Shown: piece after piece, positions 9,235 to 18,781 of the stretch
How the letters are laid out: each line of letters opens with the position of its first letter
Numbering within the stretch: the stretch's first letter is position 1
Source of the DNA: an uncultured Actinomycetes bacterium
GTDB taxonomy: Bacteria; Actinomycetota; Thermoleophilia; Gaiellales; Gaiellaceae
Length of the DNA: 64,000 bases
Direction: 5' to 3'
NCBI GenBank assembly: GCA_963724315.1
Contig: CAVRUF010000010.1
Location: 60,956 to 124,955 of the forward strand
The notes under the pieces: generated by a model
What the model saw: the letters and a program-made list of their open reading frames with translations, nothing else
Told to the model about the DNA's origin: nothing
Databases searched by the model: none
Made by a program: the position numbers and the translations under genes

Positions 9235-9913
9235 GCCCACACCACCTCCGTCCGCTGGCGGCGGTCGTAGCGTTCGAGCACGCGTCTCAGCTCGGGCCCC
9301 GCCGCGAGCGCCAGAACGAAGTTCCCGAGCGCGTGCGCCAGGTCGAACGGGACGCCGCGCGCCATGAGCAGCGTGAACGACTGCCAGGTGTGCGGCCAGA
9401 ACGAGTACCAGTTCCACACGTCCATGAGCGCACTGAAGCCGAGGCCGAGGGCGAAGCAGGCGAGCCGCGAAGGCGAACCGGCCCTCGGAGGAGCGGCGCG
9501 GCGAGCCCGCCGACCAGGCCGCACAGGCCCCACGCGAGCATCTGCCACGGCGTCCACGGGCCCTGGCCGAGGAAGAAGTTGGAGACGAGCGCCGCCACCG
9601 CGCCGACCGCGAACCCGCGCCTGGGCCCGAGCGCCGCCCCGGCCGCGACCGTCACCACCGTGACCGGCTGCACGCCGGGAACGGCGGCGAAGAGGATGCG
9701 CCCCGCCGCGGCCAGCCCGGCGACCGTCGCGACCAGCGTCAGATCCTTCGCCGAGTCGGGCGAGCCCTCGAGCGCCGCCGCGCCGCCGGCCAGCACTGCG
9801 AGGACCGCGAGGAGCAGCGCGACGCTGGCACGGGCCGGGTCGAGCGCGGCCCAGGCCGACGCGGCGAGCGCGACGACGGCGCAGACGAACAGCGTTCCGC
9901 CTCTAGACCGCAA
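9231..9913 (-). pseudogene. putative ECF transporter S (substrate-capture) component, one frame break near 9480
   Basis: This polytopic membrane protein is read from ORF 9287..9913 (…AVPGVQPVTVVTVAAGAALGPRRGFAVGAVAALVSNFFLGQGPWTPWQMLAWGLCGLVGG) joined to ORF 9231..9557 (…FALGLGFSALMDVWNWYSFWPHTW…). It sits directly after the ECF ATPase and T genes. Confidence 0.55.
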
Positions 9914-11256
9914 CGGCTTCCTCCTCCCGGACGGCGCCGATGGTCACCCGGCGGTGGGCCGGGAACGTGCGGTCGTGCGTGGCCACGAGCACGGCGCGTC
10001 CTTCGGCCGCGTAGGCGAAGAGCCAGTCGGCGAGGGCGGCCTTGCGGTCGGGGTCGACGCCGCGCGTCGGTTCGTCGAGGACGAGGAGGTCCGGCTCGGC
10101 CACGGCGACGGCGGCCAGGCCGAGGCGCTCGCGCTCGCCGCTCGACAGGTCGCGCGGATGGCGGTCCTCGGCCCACGCGAGCCCGACCCGGCCGAGCGCG
10201 CGGCGGGCCGAAGCCTCGTCGCCGGCCCCGAGCGCGACCTCGTCGAGCACGCGCTCGCAGGCGAGGTAGCGGCCGGGATCCTGGAGGAGCAGCCCCGCGC
10301 GACCTTCGACGCGCGACCGTTCCGCCGTCGGGGTCGAGCAGCCCGGCGAGGAGCTTCGCGAGCGTCGTCTTGCCCGAGCCGTTCGGGCCCTGCAGCGCGA
10401 CCACCTCGCCGCGGCGCAGCTCGAGGGCGGCGCCGTCGAGCACCGGGATCCCGGCGCGGTAGGCGAACGTCACGCCGCTCGCGCTCGCCACGACCGGACC
10501 CGGCTCGGGCCCGTCCACGTCGGCGGCGGGCTCGGCGGGCAGGTAGCGCGGCCGGTGCGCCGCGAGCCATTCGAGGCCTTCGTCGCGCGGCGCGTCGAGG
10601 AGCAGGCGCCCGTCCTCCAGGAAGAGCACGCGGTCGGCGACGGCGAGCGCCCGCTCGGTGCGCTGCTCCGAGAGGACGACGGCGGCGCCGGAGCCCTCGA
10701 CCTCTGCGAGGAGGCGCGCGGTGGCGTCGGGATCGAGCTGCGACGTCGGCTCGTCGAGCAGCACGAGCCGCGGCCGCACCGCCAGGGCGGCGGCCAGGCA
10801 GACCCGCTGGAGCTCCCCGCCCGAGAGCTCGTTCGTCCGCCGTCCGGCCAGATGGGCGGCGCCGAGCGCGTCGAGCGCGGCGTCCACGCGCGGCCAGATC
10901 TCCTCCGGCGCCGTACCGAGGTTCTCGAGCCCGAAGGCGACGTCGTTGCGCACGAGCGCCATGAGGATCTGGTCCTCGGGATCCTGGAAGACGGTCGCGA
11001 CCGTTCCCGCGAGGTCGGCCGGGCTCGCCGTGCGCGTGTCGCAGCCGCCGACCTCGACCCGACCCGAGAACCGCCCGCCGTGGAAGTGCGGCACGAGCCC
11101 GGCGAGCGCGCGGACGAGCGTCGTCTTCCCCGAGCCCGACGGGCCGAGCAGCGCGACGATCTCGCCCGGCTCGAGCGCCACGGACACGTCGGTCAAGGCG
11201 GGCGCAGCGACGTCCGGATACGTGAACGACAGGTGCTCGACGCGCGCTAGAGCCAC
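9903..11256 (-). pseudogene. ECF transporter fused double ATPase (EcfA-EcfA'), one frame break near 10310
   Basis: There are two ABC cassettes. Cassette 1 has GPSGSGKTT...LSGGELQRV...LLDEPTSQLD. Cassette 2 has GPNGSGKTT in ORF 9739..11838, continuing as LSSGERERL...LVLDEPTRGVD in ORF 9903..10250. GTG 11256 overlaps the EcfT stop. Confidence 0.8.
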
Positions 11257-11951
11257 GCGAACCCCACCACGACGAGCGCGACGGCGCCGGCGATCGCGGC
11301 CCGGTCGAGCCACGTCCACGCCGGGCTCGGCGCGGTCGTGCGCCCGGCGCGGCCGTAGCCGCGGGCCTCCATCGCCTCGGCCAGGTTCGACGCGCGCTCG
11401 AGCGAGCCGGACACGAGCGGCGACAGGAGCCGCGCGTGCCCGCGCACCCCGGCGACCGCGACGCCGCGGCCGCGAACCGCGTCGCGCAGCCCCGAGGCGT
11501 CCCGCTCGAGCGAGGGAACGAGCCGCGTGGCGAGCGCGACGGCGAGCGCCGAGCGGCGGAATCCCCGCGCCGAGGCGACGAGCCGGTCGTGGTCGACGAG
11601 CAGCGCGTAGGCGGAGAAGGCGAGCGCGACGCCGACGAGGCGCAGCGCCTGGAGCGCCGCGATCTGGAGCTCCTCCACGGTCACGTCGAGCGGCCCGAGC
11701 ACCGGCAGCGTCGGCCCGCTCCAGAGCACGTCGGTTCCGTAGACGGCCAGGAACGGCGAGAGCAGGAACACGCCGACGCCGGAGAGAAGCGCGCCGAGGA
11801 TGTAGATGCGTCGCCGGCCGGGCTCGGCTTGGAAACACACGATCAACAGGGCGCCGGCGATCAGCGCGGCCGACCAGACGTGCTGCGCGAGCAGCGCGGC
11901 CGTCCCGGCGCCGGCGAGGAGGAGCGTGGCGGGTGCGGGCGCGAGCCTCAT
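11247..11951 (-). CDS. ECF transporter T component (CbiQ/EcfT family)
   Basis: This is the tail of ORF 11247..13313, starting at MRLAPAPATLLLAGAG. It is a multi-TM protein with the ARGxxR-type signature (…AMEARGYGRAG…). ATGA overlap with the upstream gene. Confidence 0.75.
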   Translation of the reverse strand: MRLAPAPATLLLAGAGTAALLAQHVWSAALIAGALLIVCFQAEPGRRRIYILGALLSGVGVFLLSPFLAVYGTDVLWSGPTLPVLGPLDVTVEELQIAALQALRLVGVALAFSAYALLVDHDRLVASARGFRRSALAVALATRLVPSLERDASGLRDAVRGRGVAVAGVRGHARLLSPLVSGSLERASNLAEAMEARGYGRAGRTTAPSPAWTWLDRAAIAGAVALVVVGFAWL

Positions 11952-12688
11952 TCGACCACCGCGCCCGTCTCGTCGAAGCGCGCCTCGTAGCGGTAGCGGA
12001 CGATCGCGGGATCCGCGGCCAGCGCGGCCATGGCGGCGCGAACCGCGGCGCGCGAACCGGCCAGCGTGAACGTGACCGGAGCGCCGTTCGCCTCGCCTCG
12101 GCCGGCGGTCAGCTCGGCTCCGTCGGCATCCGTGCGGATCTCGACGGCGAACACGTTCGGCTCGCCCTCGCCCTCCGCGCCGCCGAGCGTCTCGAGGAGC
12201 GCCGCGGCCTCGGCGTCGAGCTCGGCGGGCGCCCGCACCTCGGCGGGGCGCCGCTTCCCGTCCCAGCCGTGCAGGAACGGCTCGGGGAACGCGCCGACGA
12301 CGACCGGGCGCTGCGCCTCCTTGCTCCAGTCGCGGTAGTCCCACCAGAGGACGTCGCCGGGCCGCAGCTTCACCTCGGCGCCGCCGCGGTCGGGCTCGAT
12401 GCCGTTCAGGAAGTAGAACCAGTCGCGCCGGTCGTCGAGGCTCCCCGAGACGCCGTTCACCGACTGGACGAAGCGGCCGCCGTAGCGCGTCTCCACGTCG
12501 GCTGCGCCGTCGAGCGCGGCGATGGCCGAGACCCCGGAGGAAACGGACGTGTCCACGATCACGTCCGCGCCGCGGTCCTGCGTCACCCAGAGCGTCGCGT
12601 CGCCGCCGCCGGTCCCCGCGCCGCCTGCGCTCCCGCACGAGGCGAGGACGAAGACGAGCGCGAGGAGCGGCGCGAGGCGGCGGCGCAT
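11948..12688 (-). CDS. DUF4430-domain lipoprotein (transcobalamin beta-domain-like)
   Basis: ORF has the lipobox MRRRLAPLLALVFVLASCG, then …ETRYGGRFVQSVNGVSG…DWFYFLNGIEPDRGGAEVKLRPGDVLWWDY…, the characteristic DUF4430 pattern. Confidence 0.7.
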   Translation of the reverse strand: MRRRLAPLLALVFVLASCGSAGGAGTGGGDATLWVTQDRGADVIVDTSVSSGVSAIAALDGAADVETRYGGRFVQSVNGVSGSLDDRRDWFYFLNGIEPDRGGAEVKLRPGDVLWWDYRDWSKEAQRPVVVGAFPEPFLHGWDGKRRPAEVRAPAELDAEAAALLETLGGAEGEGEPNVFAVEIRTDADGAELTAGRGEANGAPVTFTLAGSRAAVRAAMAALAADPAIVRYRYEARFDETGAVVE

Positions 12689-12691
12689 GGG

Positions 12692-13356
12692 TTACCGGGC
12701 CTTGGCTCCGGCGAGGACGGCGGAGCGGACGAGCCCTTCCTTCGCCACGCGGATCGAGCGGACGCGGCGACTCGGGCAGAGCGTTCCCGACTTGGACTTC
12801 ACGCTGCGGCCGTTGACGCGGAACACGACGTCGCCGACGGCGGTCTTGACGCCGGCGTCGTCCTGCTGGAGCGCCTTGAAGCAGAGCTTCGGCTTCCGCG
12901 TCTTCTCGATCTCGAGCGTCTTCGGGCCGCCGGTCGGGCCGAACGTCGCGTAGTACCAGAGCACGCGGTCGCCCTCCTCGAGGACGTAGTCGGTCGCGCC
13001 GACGGGCGGCGAGACGCCGTTGACCTTGAAGACCCAGCCCGGTGCTGGCGGTGCCGGCCAGGCGGCCGATCTGGTTCACGTACGAGCCGAACGAGAACGT
13101 GAGCGTGGCGTAGAAGAACTCGCCGCGGCGGCTCGCCCGCTCGAGCGCGCCGAACGCGGTGTCCGCGCCGACGGTGAGCGGATCGCCGGACGGCGGCGTG
13201 ATCGGCCCCGCGACCGGCGTGACCCAGGGCTCCTTGGCGCCCCAGATCGTGGTGTTCTCGCTTTCGACGCGCACGTGAACGTTCACGGCCGAGAGCGGGA
13301 GCGGCGAGCGCAAGCGCCGCCACGACGGTGCCGAGCCAAACGAGAGAACGGTGCAC
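12692..13356 (-). pseudogene. DUF4430-domain secreted protein, first gene after the cobalamin riboswitch, 2 frame breaks
   Basis: GTG 13356 has GGAGG upstream and opens MHRSLVWLGTVVAALALAAPALG (ORF 12799..13356). This joins VNVHVRVESENTTIWGAKEPWV…FFYATLTFSFGSYVNQIGRLAG (ORF 11247..13313 frame). That in turn joins …VFKVNGVSPPVGATDYVLEEGDRVLWYYATFG… (ORF 12692..12964). Confidence 0.65.
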
Positions 13357-13384
13357 GTTTCCTCCTTCCTCGAGGGGAACGATT

Positions 13385-13550
13385 CGACGAGCGGCAGGTC
13401 TTCTGACTCGGGGCGCCCTCCTCGCCGCCTTCCCGGCCGAAGCCAGTGACGTCGTGGCGAGGAGCGTCTCCCCTTACAGCGGCGGGACCGTGCCGGACTT
13501 GCACCGGACTTCCCTTGACCGCTCGCCTAGGTTGTCGGGGCAACGCTAAC
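13385..13550 (-). promoter_or_regulatory. cobalamin (B12) riboswitch
   Basis: The minus strand reads …GGTCAAGGGAAGTCCGGTGCAAGTCCGGCACGGTCCCGCCGCTGTAAGGGGAGACG…GTCACTGGCTTCGGCCGGGAAGGCGGCGAGG…AGTCAGAAGACCTGCCGCTCG. This matches the conserved AAGGGAA / GGTG..A.TCC / GTCCCGCC.CTGT core, the B12-box-like CACTGG…GGGAAGGC, and the terminal AG.AGACCTGCC of RF00174. It ends about 25 nt before the RBS of the DUF4430 gene. Confidence 0.88.
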
Positions 13551-13570
13551 ACTCGCGTAGGCTGCGCGCG

Positions 13571-13912
13571 ATGACGGCCTCCGCACGACTCTCACGCTGG
13601 GGCCCCGTCGTCGCCTGGGCGGCCGTCATCTTCGCCTTCTCCTCCGTGGCGGATCTGGGGACCGGGCTCGGGACCTGGGATCTCGTGCTGCGCAAGCTCG
13701 CGCACCTCGCGGAGTTCGCGATCCTCGGCGCGCTGCTCTACCGCGCGCTCGGCCGGATCGGGCTCGCGGTCGCGATCGGCTCGCTCTACGCGGCCACGGA
13801 CGAGCTCCACCAGGCGTTCGTCGACGGCCGCGTCGCCTCGCCGCTCGACTGGGGCATCGACACCGCCGGCGTGCTCGCGGGCGTCCTCCTCTACGCGAGG
13901 GCCGTGCGGTGA
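13571..13912 (+). CDS. VanZ-like family membrane protein
   Basis: 113-aa ORF with …KLAHLAEFAILGALLY…ATDELHQAFVDGR.AS..D…, a VanZ signature. Confidence 0.7.
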   Translation: MTASARLSRWGPVVAWAAVIFAFSSVADLGTGLGTWDLVLRKLAHLAEFAILGALLYRALGRIGLAVAIGSLYAATDELHQAFVDGRVASPLDWGIDTAGVLAGVLLYARAVR

Positions 13913-14328
13913 GGACGGTCGCGATCGACCTGGACGCGTCGCTCGGCGACACCCGGCCGCTCTGGGACGCCTTCCTCGTGGACGCCGCACGGCGCTTCGC
14001 CTCGATCGCGCCGCTCGATCCGTCCGCGCTGCCGGCCGACCGCGGCGAGGCCGCGGCGGAGCTCGACGCCTGGGCCGCGGCCGGGGTCGGCGACTGGCGC
14101 AAGGCGCTCGAGCGCTTCGCCGAGGACCACGCCCCGGTCTACCTGCGCCCCGACTCGGCCGCGAACGCCGAGCTGCGCAAGCTGAAGGCCTCCGGCGCGC
14201 GGATCGTCGTCTTCACCGACGCGCCGGAGCCGCTCGCCCGCGTCGCCGTGTCGCACCTCGGGCTCGCGCGCTCGATCGACGCGCTCGAGACCGGCGCGGG
14301 CGCACGCGAACGGGCCGAAGCGGGCTAG
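13909..14328 (+). CDS. HAD-like hydrolase family protein (tentative)
   Basis: The ORF starts by GTGA overlap with vanZ-like. It has MRTVAIDLDASLGDT (DxD motif I) and …RIVVFTDAPEP…. This is a short, weak match. Confidence 0.4.
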   Translation: MRTVAIDLDASLGDTRPLWDAFLVDAARRFASIAPLDPSALPADRGEAAAELDAWAAAGVGDWRKALERFAEDHAPVYLRPDSAANAELRKLKASGARIVVFTDAPEPLARVAVSHLGLARSIDALETGAGARERAEAG

Positions 14329-15519
14329 ATCCCGGCGCCGGCGCGGCAGGGCTCGCGATACGCCTTCGGCGCCTTCGCGCACGCCTTGCGCTGCTCCGGC
14401 TCGGTCGCGTAGAGCGACGCGACGATCGTCCCGACCCCGGTCCAGCACCGCGCGCGCAGCGGCTCCTTGACGATGCGGCAGAACTCGGCGGCCTTCGTCC
14501 CGGACGGGTCGTAGGACGCGAGGTCGCGCGCCGCGCCGTAGACGCAGCTCTTCACGTAGTCGCCCGCGAGGTCGCAGAGCGGCGCGATCTTGGCGCCCAC
14601 CTCGAGCGTCTGGCCGGAGGCGTCGCGGCCGTACGACTCGAAGCAGGTCGTGATCCAGGCCTTCTCCACGGTGCGGCAGGTGGCCGCCGTCGCGGCCCAG
14701 TCGAAGCCGTTCAGCTCGTTGATCCGCGACGTGACCATGAGGTAGCAGTAGAGCTTGTGCCGCTCCTTCATGTCCCGGCACGGGTAGACCGGATCGTCGT
14801 CGCGCACCCACTTGGACTTGATCCCGTAGCTCGACGAGATGTTCTCCATGAAGACGCCGCCGGTGCACGAGGTCTGGTCCCAGTCGGTCTTGAGCGCGTC
14901 GCAGATCTCGAGCGCCCAGGGCAGGTCGTAGCCGCGGTAGATCATGAGGCCGTGCCCGAGCCCGTGGACGCACTGGTAGAGGAGGAACGTGGTCGCCTTG
15001 ATGTCCGGGTCGTCGCAGAGCCCGCGCGCGACCTCCTTGACGTCGTCAGGCGACGCGACGTCCGCGAACGCGCGCTCGAGGATCCCGTGGTAGTAGCCGG
15101 ACCAGCAGGAGGCCGAGCCGGCCGCGAACGCCTCGGCGACGTCGCCCTCGTAGCGCTGGAGCGAGGCCGAGCCGATCATGTGGACGATCCGGTGGCAGTT
15201 GCTGCGGATCTGGGCGTCGGAGCGCAACCGCCTCGTCGAACTTCGCCAGCGCGTTCTTCGGGCCCTCGTAGTAGGCGAGGTTCCCGAAGGCCTGCTCGTA
15301 GCAGCGCTGGTCCGCTTCGGCGCAGTCTGCGAGCAGCGTCTGGTCCGGCTTGAAGTGCCCGGCGACCGGATGCGCCTCGGGCGTCGTCGTCGCGTGGCCC
15401 TCGTGGCCGCCCTTGTCGCTCGAGTCTCCGTGCCCGCCGAACGCGAACGCCGCGAACCCGAGCGCCGCGGCAACGACGAGCACCGCGATTCCGACCGTCG
15501 TCCGCGTAACCCTGCGCAT
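14325..15519 (-). pseudogene. membrane-anchored Cys-rich repeat protein of unknown function, one frame break near 15230
   Basis: N-terminus MRRVTRTTVGIAVLVVAAALGFAAFAFGGHGDSSDKGGHEGHATTTPEAHP… (ORF 15046..15519) joins …CHRIVHMIGSASL…SCWSGYYHG…YQCVHGLGHG…SCTGGVFMEN…TCFESYGRD…SCVYGAARD…RCWTGVGT… (ORF 14325..15473). Confidence 0.5.
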
Positions 15520-15558
15520 TGCCTACAGGGTATTCGTCGCCTCGGGAGCGCCGGTTGG

Positions 15559-15678
15559 CTAGTCGCGCGACCCGGCCCACCAGGAGCGCGGACGCTCCTC
15601 GTAGATCCGGGAGTCCGCGCCTGCGAAGACCGCCAGCGGGCCTGCCACGAGCAGTGCGATGAGTGCGAGTTGGATCAT
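15559..15678 (-). CDS. possible small membrane protein (39 aa)
   Basis: MIQLALIALLVAGPLAVFAGADSRIYEERPRSWWAGSRD lies within ORF 15559..15756. There is a single TM helix and no recognisable family. Confidence 0.25.
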   Translation of the reverse strand: MIQLALIALLVAGPLAVFAGADSRIYEERPRSWWAGSRD

Positions 15679-15803
15679 GCTCTTACAAACGCACTCGAAC
15701 GCCAGAACATTCCTGCAAAACCGCTGTTTTGGTACTCCCGGCGGGCCACACCGCACGCCCCCTTGTTAGCGCGCGGCGCAACCCACCGGAACTTGAAAAA
15801 CCG

Positions 15804-17846
15804 TCAGCCGTGAATCGAGACGATCAGCGGGATGATGAGGATCGCGACGACGTTCGCGATCTTGATCATCGGGTTGATCGCGGGCCCGGCCGTGTCCTTG
15901 TAGGGATCGCCGACCGTGTCGCCGGTCACCGCGGCGGCGTGTGCCTCTGATCCCTTGCCGCCGTACTCTCCGTCCTCGATCAGCTTCTTCGCGTTGTCCC
16001 AGGCGCCGCCGCCCGAGGTCATCGAGATGGCCAGGAAGATGCCGGTGACGATCGTGCCGATCAGGAGGCCGCCCAGCATCTCGGGCTTGATGATGCCGAC
16101 CACGATCGGGAAGACGACCGGGATCATGCTCGGGAGGATCATGCGCTTGATCGCCTCGGCCGTGACGATGTCGATCGTCTTTCCGTACTCCGGCCGGACG
16201 GTGCCCTCCATGATCCCCGGGTTCTCGCGGAACTGGCGGCGAACCTCCTCCACGACCTGACCGCCGACGCGCCCGACCGCCTCCATCGCGAGCGACGCGA
16301 AGAGGAACGGCATGAGGCCGCCGAGGAAGAGCCCGGCGATCACCCATGGATCGCTCAGCGCGAACGTGACGTTCAGCCCGTCCTCGGCGAGCGACGACGT
16401 GAACCCGTCGAAGAGGATGAGGGCGGCCAACCCGGCCGAGCCGATCGCGTAGCCCTTGGTGACGGCCTTCGTCGTGTTGCCGACCGCGTCGAGCGGGTCG
16501 GTGACGCCGCGCACCTCGTCGGGCAGGTCGGCCATCTCGGCGATGCCGCCCGCGTTGTCCGTGACCGGGCCGTACGCGTCGAGCGCGACGATGAGGCCGG
16601 TCATCGAGAGCTGCGCCATGACGGCGACGCCGATCCCGTAGAGGCCGGCGAGCTCGTTCGCGGCGATGATCGCGGCCGCGATGACGATGACCGGCAGCGC
16701 GGTCGCCTGCATGCCCATCGCGAGCCCTTCGATGATGTTGGTCGCATGGCCGGTGGTCGAGGCCTTGGCGATCCCCTTGACCGGCGGCCAGCGCGTGCCG
16801 GTGTAGTACTCGGTGATCGCGACGAGCAGGAAGGTGACGCCGAGCCCGATCAGGGTGCAGCCGTACAGCTCCCAGAAGGTGAACTCGACCGTCTCGAACG
16901 CCTTCACGACCGGGATGAACCCGAGCGCGGAGAAGACCACGGCGGCCAGCACGGCCTTGTACAGCGCGTTCATGATCGAGCCGCTCGAGCCGATGCGGGC
17001 GAAGAACGTCCCCAGCACCGAGGCGATGATCGCGACGCCGCCGATCGCGAGCGGGAAGACGACGAGGTTCGTGGACGCGAAGTTGAGCGCGCCGAGGAAC
17101 ATGACCGCGACCGCCGTGACCGCGTAGGTCTCGAACAGGTCGGCCGCCATCCCGGCGCAGTCGCCGACGTTGTCGCCGACGTTGTCCGCGATCACGGCCG
17201 GGTTGCGCGGGTCGTCCTCGGGGATGCCCGCCTCGACCTTGCCGACGAGGTCGGCGCCGACGTCGGCGGCCTTGGTGAAGATGCCGCCGCCGAGCCGCGC
17301 GAAGACCGAGATGAGCGAGCCGCCGAACGCGAGCCCGATGAGCGCGGTCGTGGCCTCCTCCGGCGTGTTGTCGAACCACTCGGTGAGGACGCCGTAGTAG
17401 CCGGCGACGCCGAGGAGGCCGAGGCCGACGACGAGCAGGCCGGTGACCGAGCCCGACGAGAACGCGACGGCCAGCGCGGGCTTGACGCCGCTCTTGGCAG
17501 CCTCGGCCGTGCGGACGTTCGCCCGCACCGCCACGTTCATCCCGATGAAGCCGGCCGCCGCCGAGAAGACGGCGCCGATCAGGAACCCGAACGCGGTCGA
17601 CCAGCCGAGGTCGTTCCAAAGCCCGATCCCGAGAAAGAGGACGACCGCGACTCCGGCGATCGTCATGTACTGCCGCCGCAGGTAGGCGGATGCGCCCTCC
17701 TGCACGGCGTGCGCGATCTCCTGCATGCGCTCCGACCCCGCGGGGAGCCTGAGCAGCCGCACCGTCAGAACGACGGCCCAGGCGATTCCGATCGCCGCGC
17801 AGACAAGCGCGAATAGGACGCTGTGATCCTGAAAGAAGTCCGTCAA
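15804..17846 (-). CDS. hppA: membrane-bound proton/sodium-translocating pyrophosphatase
   Basis: Intact 680-aa polytopic ORF with [29 protein letters not shown], and [18 protein letters not shown], the H+-PPase signature motifs. Confidence 0.93.
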   Translation of the reverse strand: MTDFFQDHSVLFALVCAAIGIAWAVVLTVRLLRLPAGSERMQEIAHAVQEGASAYLRRQYMTIAGVAVVLFLGIGLWNDLGWSTAFGFLIGAVFSAAAGFIGMNVAVRANVRTAEAAKSGVKPALAVAFSSGSVTGLLVVGLGLLGVAGYYGVLTEWFDNTPEEATTALIGLAFGGSLISVFARLGGGIFTKAADVGADLVGKVEAGIPEDDPRNPAVIADNVGDNVGDCAGMAADLFETYAVTAVAVMFLGALNFASTNLVVFPLAIGGVAIIASVLGTFFARIGSSGSIMNALYKAVLAAVVFSALGFIPVVKAFETVEFTFWELYGCTLIGLGVTFLLVAITEYYTGTRWPPVKGIAKASTTGHATNIIEGLAMGMQATALPVIVIAAAIIAANELAGLYGIGVAVMAQLSMTGLIVALDAYGPVTDNAGGIAEMADLPDEVRGVTDPLDAVGNTTKAVTKGYAIGSAGLAALILFDGFTSSLAEDGLNVTFALSDPWVIAGLFLGGLMPFLFASLAMEAVGRVGGQVVEEVRRQFRENPGIMEGTVRPEYGKTIDIVTAEAIKRMILPSMIPVVFPIVVGIIKPEMLGGLLIGTIVTGIFLAISMTSGGGAWDNAKKLIEDGEYGGKGSEAHAAAVTGDTVGDPYKDTAGPAINPMIKIANVVAILIIPLIVSIHG

Positions 17847-17965
17847 ATCCTCCGCCTTCTCGTGTTCACAAGGTTGGCGCCGATCGGCCCGCCGGAACTC
17901 GAGATTCCTTTGGTACAGGCCGTTTTCGCCCGCGGCATTCTATTCACAATGTCCGGATGTGCGCG

Positions 17966-18762
17966 TTAGAAGCTCGCGCCGCGCAGCGCGTTCGCGCAGA
18001 GATGCTCCTCCGGCTGCGCCGGGATCTTCGGGATCATCGCGAAGAGCAGCTCGCGCAGGCGCTCGTTGTTCTCCGTGAACACCTCGACGACCTGCTCGTG
18101 CGAGACCGGCTCGGTGCCCTCGACGCCGACGTCGTGGTCGGTGACCATCGAGATGTTCGCGTAGCAGAGCTCGAGCTCGCGGGCCAGGTAGCCCTCCGGG
18201 TACGCGGTCATGTTGATCGTGTCCCAGCCCATCTGCTGGAACCAGCGCGACTCGGCCCGGGTGGAGAAGCGCGGGCCCTGGATTACGACGACGGAGCCGC
18301 CGTCGCGGGCCTTGATCCCGAGCTCGCCGGCCGTCTCGACGAGGAGCTTGCGGAGGTCCGGGCAGTACGGATCGGCGGCCGAGACGTGCGTCGTCTCTGG
18401 GCCCTCGTAGAACGTGTCCGCCCGGCCCGCTCGTGCGGTCGATGAACTGATCGCACGACGACGAACTCGCCCAGCTCGAGGTCGGCCTGGAGCGCGCCGG
18501 AGGCGCACGGGCCGATGATCCGGCGGACGCCCAGCTCCTTCATCGCCCACAGGTTCGCGCGGTACGGGATCTGCGCCGGCGGCAGCTCGTGGTCGCGCCC
18601 GTGGCGCGGGAGGAACGCGACGCGCTTGCCGCCGATCTCGCCGATCGCGAACGGCGCCGACGGCTTCCCGTACGGGGTCGCGACCTCGACCTCCTCCACG
18701 TCCTCGAGGAACGCGTAGAAGCCGGAGCCTCCGAAGACGCCGATCTCTGCCTGGCCGGTCAC
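17966..18762 (-). pseudogene. mtnP: S-methyl-5'-thioadenosine phosphorylase, one frame break near 18440
   Basis: GTG 18762 opens VTGQAEIGVFGGSGFY…ATPYGKPSAPF…FLPRHGRDHELPPAQIPYRANLWAMKELGV (tail of ORF 18283..19332). This joins …GRADTFYEGP…VVIQGPRFSTRAESRWFQQMGWDTINMTAYPE (ORF 17966..18550). Confidence 0.85.
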
Positions 18763-18781
18763 GGCCGCGGAGTCTAGCCGC

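Noticed and set aside
8895-13102. Plus-strand ORFs 8895..10964 (689 aa) and 10658..13102 (814 aa)
   Set aside because: Their translations are Arg/Pro/Ala homopolymer-like, and they lie antisense to the recognisable ECF transporter operon. They are high-GC artefacts.
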